From the IMG/VR virus record IMGVR_UViG_3300032167_000010: a DNA stretch of 64,000 bases, one strand, 5' to 3'. Each line of letters starts with the position of its first letter. The first letter of the stretch is position 1. The DNA comes from a virus (Duplodnaviria; Heunggongvirae; Uroviricota; Caudoviricetes). Shown one piece after another: positions 46,354-56,000 of the stretch. The notes beneath the pieces are model-generated. The model had not been told where the DNA came from. It saw only the letters and a list, made by a program, of their open reading frames with translations, and did not search any database. A program made the position numbers and the translations under genes.

Positions 46354-46605
46354 ATGAGCAAAAATACTAATAGTACAAATGGTGGAATTGGAGTAAGTAT
46401 GGTGTTATTTTTAATTTTTTTAGTTTTGAAACTTGTTGGGGTTATTAATTGGTCATGGTGGTGGGTGACTTCTCCACTTTGGATTACTACTAGTATCATA
46501 AGTTTAGTAATCGTAGTAGCATATATTTATTGTTGTATTGATGATGCTAAAGAAAGGCGCAGAATCAACAAATCAAGACGAGGTAATAAGAATGAAAAAG
46601 ACTAA
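46354..46605 (+). CDS. Small membrane protein
   Basis: LVLKLVGVINWSWWWVTSPLWI; two transmembrane segments. Confidence 0.7.
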   Translation: MSKNTNSTNGGIGVSMVLFLIFLVLKLVGVINWSWWWVTSPLWITTSIISLVIVVAYIYCCIDDAKERRRINKSRRGNKNEKD

Positions 46606-47401
46606 AGATTCACTTGGCGATCGCATGAAGGAGTTTTATGAGAATCGTTCTAAGATGTACCTCACAAGACGAACTCCTGTAATTATTCGTTTAGATGGTA
46701 AGGCTTTTCACAGCTTTACAAAAGGTTTTAAGAGACCTTACGATGAAATCTTCCATGAAGCAATGAATAACACAATGAAGTATCTTTGTGCTAATATTCA
46801 GGGTTGTAAACTTGGTTATACGCAGTCTGACGAGATTACACTTCTCTTGACTGACTATACTACTCTTACAACTGATGCTTGGTTTGGTTATGGCGTTCAG
46901 AAAATGTGCTCTATTGCAGCTTCGATGGCGACTTTAATGTTTAATAAGTATTTTAGAACTGCCGTTAATCGCCACTTTGAGGGCGCTATTGGCATGGATG
47001 ACTACCACAAGACCATGTGCCTAGCTCGTGATAAAGGCGCAATGTTTGATGCCCGTTGTTTTAATATTCCAAAAGAAGAAGTAACTAACTGCTTTATTTG
47101 GAGGCAGCAAGACGCAACTCGAAATGCTATTCAAATGTTAGGTCAAACTCATTTTTCTCATAGAGAATTACAAGGTAAAAGTTGCAATGATATTCAAGAC
47201 ATGTTGATGTTGCAAAAAGGTATTAATTTTAACGATATGCCTATTGAATTCAAGCGTGGTGTTTGTTGCATTAAAAAAGAAGTTGAATGCACTGATAGAC
47301 TTATAGGTTATAAGCATGATTGGGTAATAGATACAGAGATTCCAATTTTTACTCAGGATAGAAATTATATTGAACAATATTTACTAGAAAAAGAAATCTA
47401 A
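46592..47401 (+). CDS. thg1: tRNA(His) guanylyltransferase Thg1-like protein (3'-5' polymerase)
   Basis: GDRMKEFYE, IRLDGKAFH, YTQSDEI, FDARCF and WRQQDATRN motifs. Confidence 0.9.
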   Translation: MKKTKDSLGDRMKEFYENRSKMYLTRRTPVIIRLDGKAFHSFTKGFKRPYDEIFHEAMNNTMKYLCANIQGCKLGYTQSDEITLLLTDYTTLTTDAWFGYGVQKMCSIAASMATLMFNKYFRTAVNRHFEGAIGMDDYHKTMCLARDKGAMFDARCFNIPKEEVTNCFIWRQQDATRNAIQMLGQTHFSHRELQGKSCNDIQDMLMLQKGINFNDMPIEFKRGVCCIKKEVECTDRLIGYKHDWVIDTEIPIFTQDRNYIEQYLLEKEI

Positions 47402-47420
47402 AATTAAGAGGTGTTTAAAA

Positions 47421-47702
47421 ATGTTTATTATTAGTGGTGGAAGAGGAACTGGTAAAACTAAACTTTTACTTCAACATGCAGCTGATAAAGGCGCTACTAT
47501 TGCGTGTTCAAATCCTATAGAAATGAGAGAACGTGCTCATAGCTACGGAATTGTTGGACTTAATATTATTTCTTATGAAGATGTTGCTATTTTTAAAACG
47601 GCTTATCCTGATAAGGTAGACTCTTTGTATATTCATGATATAAATAAATTTCTTGAAACTAATTTTTCGTGGATATCTGGCTACTCACTAAGCTTTAGTT
47701 GA
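47421..47702 (+). CDS. Short P-loop protein
   Basis: Walker A-like GGRGTGKT at the N-terminus. Confidence 0.6.
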   Translation: MFIISGGRGTGKTKLLLQHAADKGATIACSNPIEMRERAHSYGIVGLNIISYEDVAIFKTAYPDKVDSLYIHDINKFLETNFSWISGYSLSFS

Positions 47703-47712
47703 GGTTAATTTA

Positions 47713-48429
47713 ATGGTATATATTACAGGAGATATTCACGGTAATCCATCAGAAATTATTTACATGGCTCAGCGCTGGGGAATAACTAAAGATGATATTA
47801 TAGTGCTTCTTGGTGACGTTGGAGCGAACTATTATCTTAATAAAAAAGATAATAGAACAAAAGAAGCTTTAAGTAAATATATTGATGCTACCATTCTTTG
47901 TATCCATGGTAATCACGAAGCGCGTCCTGCGATGATTGGGGGATATGAGCTTATGGATTGGAATGGTGGACAAGTATATGTTCAACCAGAGTATCCCAAC
48001 CTGCTCTTCGCTCATGATGGATCCATCTTTAATTTAGAGGGCTTGAGTTGTCTAGTGCTTGGCGGAGCGTACAGTGTAGATAAGTATTATCGTCTTAAAG
48101 AAGGCTATGCCTGGTTTTTTGATGAACAACCATGTAAAGGTATTAAACTTTACGCAGAGCGCCAAATTGCGGAAGCGGGCAATAAAGTAGATGTTGTATT
48201 TTCACACACCTGTCCATTTAAATATGAGCCTATTGAGGTATTTTTACCAGGCATTGATCAATCTACTGTTGATGACAGCACTGAAAAATGGCTTGATGAA
48301 ATCGAAAATAAACTTGATTATAAAGCCTGGTACTGTGGACATTGGCATATAAACAAACGTATAGATAAAATGCACTTTTTATTTAATACGGTTGAAATAT
48401 TAGATGATATTAAAGATAAAGGAAATTAA
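47713..48429 (+). CDS. Calcineurin-like metallophosphoesterase
   Basis: GDIHG, GDVG, GNHE, FSHT and GHWH motifs. Confidence 0.88.
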   Translation: MVYITGDIHGNPSEIIYMAQRWGITKDDIIVLLGDVGANYYLNKKDNRTKEALSKYIDATILCIHGNHEARPAMIGGYELMDWNGGQVYVQPEYPNLLFAHDGSIFNLEGLSCLVLGGAYSVDKYYRLKEGYAWFFDEQPCKGIKLYAERQIAEAGNKVDVVFSHTCPFKYEPIEVFLPGIDQSTVDDSTEKWLDEIENKLDYKAWYCGHWHINKRIDKMHFLFNTVEILDDIKDKGN

Positions 48430-48433
48430 TAAA

Positions 48434-48796
48434 ATGAAAAATTATGAAACAAAAGTTTATGACTACATTGATAAAAACACAGGTATACATATTGTAAAAG
48501 CTATTACTAGATACGCGGATGACCCTATTTATGCTATTGCAAAGTGTGATCCAAATGATAAATTCGACCTTGAATTAGGTAAAACTATTGCACTTAAACG
48601 TCTTAATATTAAGATTGCTAAAAAACGTCAAGCCAGTATACGCGCTTGGGCAAAATCTTGCAAGAATCATTTAGACTATCTTGAAAGCGAAAAGCGTCGT
48701 GTTAAGAAAGCTTTAGAATATGCGGAGTGTGCTGCTTTAGACCGTAAGGTAGAAATTAAAAATATTGAGACTGAACTCGCGAAATTAACTAAATAA
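48434..48796 (+). CDS. Hypothetical phage protein with C-terminal coiled coil
   Basis: AKCDPNDKFDLELGKTIA motif. Confidence 0.65.
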   Translation: MKNYETKVYDYIDKNTGIHIVKAITRYADDPIYAIAKCDPNDKFDLELGKTIALKRLNIKIAKKRQASIRAWAKSCKNHLDYLESEKRRVKKALEYAECAALDRKVEIKNIETELAKLTK

Positions 48797-48817
48797 ATTA
48801 AAAATAGATTATAAATT

Positions 48818-48865
48818 AAAAGCTGTATATTATTTATAGATAAGCATACAGCTTTTAATTTATAT
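48818..48865 (+). terminator. Terminator ending the accessory module
   Basis: AAAAGCTGTAT/ATACAGCTTTT stem. Confidence 0.65.
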
Positions 48866-48925
48866 TTTTATTAAATCTATTATTTGCTAAATTATTTGAT
48901 ATAAAAAGTTATAGGAGGTGCGGCT

Positions 48926-49594
48926 TTGATTACTAAGGCAATTATAAAATCAATAAATGCTACTGGTACTCGTTGTACCGTAGAAATACCTTTATTTAAG
49001 TCCGCTTCTATGACAAAACCAGTAGAAGCTACTGCTTTGATAAATATTACACCTGGTATATTTAACAATTTAAAAGTTAATGATGTCGTATTTATTGGTT
49101 TTGAAGAAAATGCGATGGAAAAGCCTATTATTTTAGGTAAGCTTTTTACTGGAGCCTCTGAGGGAAATATACGTGGTGGAGGCGGCATATTTAATAATTT
49201 GACAGTAAATAGTACCGCAAATTTACCTGCATCAACAACCTTTACGTTTCCACAAACACCGCAAAATGAATATAAAGATTTTACATCTTTAAAAAGTATT
49301 GCAGATTACATAAAGTGGTTAGAACGTTATGCTAAAGCAAATGTTGATCATATAAGCTCCGACTTTAAGTGTTTTAAAAATTGGACTCAGTGGCAGCTAA
49401 AGCCAGAAAACGTTGAAATCGACGATGGAGATTTAGACGATAATAACTCTTGGCTACATGATGAAGAATATTGTCCCTTTATGTATCAAGAAGAAAACGA
49501 CTTTTGTATCATTTGCGGCGAGAATTGTTCTAAAAAGAATAATATTAGACAGTATCTTGACCCACCTGCAGATAAGAAGTATCCAAATATATAA
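48926..49594 (+). CDS. Baseplate spike/hub protein (gp5/gpV-like OB fold)
   Basis: LKVNDVVFIGFEE..PIILGKL; directly upstream of the gp25-like gene. Confidence 0.6.
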   Translation: MITKAIIKSINATGTRCTVEIPLFKSASMTKPVEATALINITPGIFNNLKVNDVVFIGFEENAMEKPIILGKLFTGASEGNIRGGGGIFNNLTVNSTANLPASTTFTFPQTPQNEYKDFTSLKSIADYIKWLERYAKANVDHISSDFKCFKNWTQWQLKPENVEIDDGDLDDNNSWLHDEEYCPFMYQEENDFCIICGENCSKKNNIRQYLDPPADKKYPNI

Positions 49595-49610
49595 AATAGG
49601 AGTATAGTTT

Positions 49611-50003
49611 ATGAGATCTTACAAGTTTCCAAAAATGTTTAGGTCAAATAGTTCTCAAATTTGGCGTGCAGACGAGTACGGAAAGGCTACTAAACAGAAC
49701 GTGTTATTACTGCTTCAATCTGAGCGCGGAGAACTTGAGTGTGATCCGTATTTTGGTATTTTATTAAAACACTATATGTTTAACCAAAATAGCTATGTAT
49801 TAAAAGATATGTTAATTGATACACTTTATACTCAGATTGCAATATTTTTGCCTCAAATTAAAATAACTAGAAATTCAGTAGACATTATTACTGACGTACA
49901 AAAAGGTAAATTATACTGTAAATTTTCTGGCATTAACCAGATTGATTATACACACAATACTTTTAATTTATTACTATTTGATGAAGCACGTCAAATATCG
50001 TAA
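49611..50003 (+). CDS. Baseplate wedge gp25-like protein
   Basis: LLLLQSERGEL..DPYFG motif. Confidence 0.8.
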   Translation: MRSYKFPKMFRSNSSQIWRADEYGKATKQNVLLLLQSERGELECDPYFGILLKHYMFNQNSYVLKDMLIDTLYTQIAIFLPQIKITRNSVDIITDVQKGKLYCKFSGINQIDYTHNTFNLLLFDEARQIS

Positions 50004-50019
50004 AACAGGAGAGTAGAAA

Positions 50020-53000
50020 ATGCTTACTAAAAATGAAATTTCAACATTAAGTTTATCACCAACCAAAAAAGATTTCGTTCAAATTTGGAACGAACTTTTA
50101 GACGTTGCTGGCAAGTTATCAGAGCGCTGGGATCCTACATCTACTAACGAGAGTGACCCAGGTATTGTTATACTAAAAGCTTTGACTGGTATTGCTGATA
50201 AGTTAAATTATAATATTGACAAAAATACTCTAGAGGCTTTTATGCCAACAGCAGCACAAGAAGATTCTATGCGTAAACTTTGTGATATGCTTGGTTATAG
50301 CATGAAGTACTATCGTTCAGCAGAAACTAGTGTTACTGTTAAGTATTATAACTCTGATCCTTCTGATGAGGAAGTACACGTTGTATCGAATTCCACTGGT
50401 CTAGAAATACCGAAATTTACTGTTATTACTAACGCTGATAAGGATATTAGTTATTTTACCACTAATCAGATTCCTTTATATATTTCAAGTAAAGCGCCAT
50501 CTGTAACAGTTAGCTGTATGGAAGGCCAAATTGTTAAATGCGAGAGCACTGTTAATAATAATGTAATTACTCTTGCTCAATTATCCGAAGGAAATAAGTT
50601 CTATTTACCTGAAACACAAATCGCTGAAAACGGTATTTTTATTTATAATGTTTCCAATGATGAGGTTACTGGTCAAATTGTTGATGGTACGCCTTGGGAA
50701 AAAGTTGATAATTTAAACGTACAAGCAAGTAATACGAGGGTCTTTAAGTTTGGTTATAACTCATATGAAGGGCGTCCTTACGTAGAGTTTCCAACAGACT
50801 GTAGTGAATTGATTAATGATGGTTTATTTATTTATTATGCTAGAACTAGTGGCGCAAATGGTAATGTATCAGTAAACACCCTTACCCAAATTGAGCTTCC
50901 TACAGGAGGTAACTGGTCAAAAGTAGCTGCAGAAAGCTTTAGTGCAACAAATATGTTCGCAGCTACCTCTGGTGTAAACTTAGAAACTATTGGTCAAGCG
51001 TATAATAATTTTAAAAAGACTATCGGTACTTTTGAAACTCTTGTTACTTGTAGAGACTATATGAATAAGATTTACAGTCTTAGTACTGATGTTGGCAAGC
51101 CTTATGTTTCTAACGTATTAGTTACTGATATTAGAAATGACCTTAATAGAGCTATTACTATTTGTAGTTGTGATGATGCTGGTATTTATTATAAGGAAAT
51201 GCCGCTAACTAGTACAGTGACTAAGGAGTTTACTACTAAAAACGGAGATATTGTTAATATAGATATTGAGGAGCCAAAGATTAACCACTTTGACCTTGTG
51301 ATCTATCCATTTAAGTCATACACCCAGATTCGCAGTCTTTCTACTCCAGTTCAGTCTACATATGATGCATCATTTACGTATAACCCACAAACTTTTAACA
51401 ATATTGAAGTGGAACTAGAAAATACAGGCTTAAAAACTATCGCTCACAATTTCGTAAAACCGAAAGAGGGCGACATCCTAAGCATTAATAATTATTTAAG
51501 ATTAAATGCTATAGTTGGCACTAATAATAAAGTTTCTGTAGAAGAAGCTCAATTAATAAAAGAAAAAATTAAAATTGCGTTAGCAAATGCTTTTAATATG
51601 CGTGAACTAGATTTTGGTGAAGAGATTCCATTTGAAAGCATCGTTGATGTCATAGAGCACGCAGACTCTAAAATTAAAGTAGTTTCTTTAAATGAGCCTG
51701 ACCTATATACCACTTTTACGGTAATAGATAAGGTAATAACTGCAGACACTGTAGAAATTAAAGAGTATGCAGTAGCCTCTGATAATTGGTTAACGCTTGA
51801 GCAGGCGACGGCTTCTAAACGTTTTGAGACAGACACGCCTTCTACTGGCACTTTTGATACTAAAAAAGCTAGGGAGCTTTATAATAAGCTAGTTGTTCGT
51901 AATATCTTAGCAGGTAGGGTGCCTTTGTTTAAGTATAATACCACATTTACCTCTGATTTTAGCGAAAAACCATATCAAGTTACTAAGCCAATCAATCCTA
52001 GCAGCCTTCCTGAGGCTTGTCTAGCGTACTTTAATAGTGATATTAACAAAGATGCTCCTTATTTGCTTTGGTGTGACAAAGATACAAATGATACTTATGC
52101 TCGTAACGGCGCTCGTGGTGAGCCAACCAACCTTGATGAGATAGAAGCAAATCCTGACGCGACACGTATTTATAACTATACCTGTACAAAAACAGAGTCT
52201 CCTAAAGAAGTTATCGAAAATGGAGATGGTAGTACAGTTGTTACTCCTAAATATCCGAATAATATTATTACTTCAGAAGCTAATAGTAAAATCACTAAGA
52301 TTAAATCTGAATGCTTAATAACTTCTACTGATAGTAATGATGACCATATAAAGGACGTCACCCTAAATGCTGGGGAGCAAATAAAATTTAGAGCTAAAAA
52401 CTTTAGAACTACCGAAACCTATCCCGCTTATGTGAATTATCATTTACATCTTGATAGAACTAACACTCAAGAAGCTTCACCGGCTGTCGCTGATACATTA
52501 TTTAATTTAATAGTTGGTCAAAGTCTTTGGGACGATTTATTTAACTACACACGCACGAATGGTGATAAAGGGGTTGTTACGACATTTTTAAAACAAGATG
52601 TCAAGAATGGTAATGTTAGCAGTGCTGCACCTACTATAGATAAGCAGCCTATTAATACAATTTTATATCAAAGCAGTTGTATTAAATTTTATTACGCTGA
52701 TCCTACACTCATTAATGCCCCTAACGGTGTCGTTGGGGATATTGATGACGATACAATAATAGGGTTTGGTCTTAATCCAGACATAGACACTAAGACTGTT
52801 TTAGTTTACAGCGCTGAACAGCTTAATAACATTTTAGAATATATAAACAGTGAAATTATTGGCGCTAATACTACTTCAAACTGGGAAATTTCATATAAAA
52901 TTGAATATGTTCCATTTACAAGTACTAATTTAGACTTCTGGAAAGAGTTTGTTAATGAACATATTAAATTTAATGGCAATGCTCCTGCCTCAGAGGGAGG

Positions 53001-56000
53001 TAATAATTTATGGCGAAAATACACAGGTAGTTCATATCCAACAGGTAAATATATTTTAGGCGGTTTAATAGATAACGGTTACAAGCTACTTTCTTTCTCA
53101 ACTGAATACTTTGGAATACTTGATACGTATATTGATGCAAATAATACGTTAAATAACAGGTTACAAGGGATTTATATTGCAGAAACGTTAGGTAACGACG
53201 CTGTTGCCGCTGAAATTGCTAATGATACTGAGTATAAATTGAGAGACGGTGAATATTTATGCATTAAATATACACCTTCATCAACATCAGAAGATGGCAC
53301 TACTGACGAAAACCAAGCCCCTATTACAAAAGTAATCCAAAATACTATTATACGACCTAATGGTTTTACGAGTGGCTTAAAAGATTCAACGGCATTTCAA
53401 AATGAAGGGAACTCTCCTATAGGATCTGCCGATTTCGTTATCGATGGCAATAAACGTGACATAGAACTATTCAGTCTAGGTGTAAACGAGCAAATAGAGA
53501 TTAGAGAACCTTCTAGCGTAGCATTAGGTAAAGATACTTTTGCTACAGATGATGCAGTTATATACGTTTATAAGAACTTTAATGATTGTCCCGCATTGGA
53601 AACTATCCAAGCTAAAGACGTAGCCAGTGGTCAACGTAGTAGTACGTATATTTTAAAAGAGGGTGAATACTTCTTTTATACAGATAAAAATAAGTCTGAA
53701 CTTGCTTACTATTCAACGGGCACCGGTATTACTCTTGAAGGCAATGTAAAAATACCTACTTGTGATATTATTGATATTTCTACTATCTTAGACTCAGGTA
53801 TTTCTGAGATACCATGGAAGGCTGTCAGCGTCTCTGGTATAAATGATAAAATTATTTTCCAAGAATATCAATATAAAACACTAGGTCAAAATGATAAGTT
53901 AAACACTTTAAGAACTGTGGGTAGAGTTCCAGGTAAGTTAGATGGCTCTTGGTGTAAATGTGCCGATGTGTCTTACACGATAGCTGGTGAAACTGAACCT
54001 GACAAACTTCCACTAATCGATATCGACGACAATGAGGGTAATGGATGGGAAGCTTGTAGTTTATTAGAAATAAATGTGTCTCCTTCTGTTGCTCAAACAC
54101 TACGTAATACGGATAAGGTGAAAACAAGTATAGCTTTATATGATACCGATAATAAGAAAATAAAAGTTATTGAGGCAGAGCCTAGCTTCCCGCTTTCTTT
54201 TAAAGCCAACGTTACTGGCCAGTCTAGTACGGGTGAGCTGTCGTTATCTGATATTTATCTAAATACAGATGCCAAAAGTTTTACTTTTAAAGTTACTGCA
54301 GAAGAAACTCCTTCAGTAATACAAGTTCAGGAAAATTCTATAATACCGTTGAGGGCTAGCCTCTCAAGCGGTGATGTAAAAATAACTAAAAGTGCTAGTT
54401 CTTGGAGTCAGGTGTTATTAAGAGAAATCGGAAGTAAAACAGACGATCACGGAGATATTACTTACAATGCTTTAAAGTTGTCTACTACAATACTTCCAAA
54501 TACTTATGGCATATTTAGTATCTATTTAAAACAAGATACGCAATACCATACAAGCCTTAGATTACTTCCTGGGTCTGCTAATGATATAATATCACTATTT
54601 AATTCAAGTAGAGCAACTTATTCAGAGGACACTGGATTAGAGCTAACCCCAGGATTAAACTGTATTCGCATTTCAGAATCTTGTGATATTTATATTACAT
54701 CAAATGCTCCTAATGGTTTACTATGCTTTGATACTCTACGATTAGTCGATGTTTCTAAAATTAATGATAATCAAAAAACTACTCATGGATTAAACTTAGA
54801 GCAATTAGGCTACTTAGCTACTTCTGATACGACAACTTGGAACGAAATTGATTCTCGTGCTCGTAAAAATCTTAAGAAAGCTCTTACTGAAGAAGCGCTA
54901 CAGAAAGTTGAAGCTAGAATACAAGAACTTAATAATAAAGTCTCAGTAGCAGAAGCTTCATTAGCTGCTGATAGACCAAAAGCAGAGATTATTAAAGAGT
55001 TCTTAAAACAGGCAATTAGTGAACTCGAGGCCTTAATTAAAACTGACGATGACGATACGTCTTTTAAAACTACTGATACTTTAACTACTTTAATTACGCA
55101 GTTTGAAGCCTTAACTGAATCGCTATCTGCTGAGAAAGAACTTCAAAAAGCTTTAGATGATAATAAAGCTATCGAAGATATTACAAAGAGTCTTGCAGAC
55201 CTTTTAAATAATTTTGATGATATTAGTGCATTACAACAAAGTTTAATTGATGCGCTAGCTAATTTGTATAGCGATGTATCGACTAATATGGAAAATATTG
55301 AAGAGTTGAGTCAAGAAGATATTGTCGATGACTATAATATAGCTGTCAAGGCTACTGGGTCAAGCTACCTCTCAGACGACGGGCTTAAAAATGCTTTAAA
55401 AGTAGCAAGTTTGGCAAAAATTAATTCTGAATATGACAACAAGCTTGAGTATATTGTTTCTGAGTTAATCGCTAGCCAGGAAGAGGAATTGGCTAGAAAG
55501 ATTTATACATTTAAATATAGTGATATTGAAGACTTAATAGATGAGCTGACCACAGCACTATTATCAGATGACGCTTCTAGTATTGAAAACCAAATTAGTG
55601 CTATATCTACGGCGGTCAAATCTGAAACTGATATTGACTATACGTCTGTAGCTGAGTTGTTACTAGACCTTCGTGCTGAAGTAAAAACTCTTAATATATC
55701 TGCTATATTAAGTAAAGTCAATGAAGCAGCAGAGAATAGCTTATATGCTGAGCTTCTTGACCATTTACAAGAGCTGGGTGGTGCGCTCGAGTTTAGTAAT
55801 AACTCACTTATAAACAAAATTGACGAAGTACTTACGTTGGTATATAGCAAAACCGATAGTAACAAAGACGATGATATCGTAGATTGTGTCGAACAGATAG
55901 AGAGAGTTATTTGGGCGGCAGCAAAAGCAAATGCACAAATAATTACAACTGAGCTCACAAAAATTACTAACTTGGCTAGTAAAGATACTATTTTAGCATT

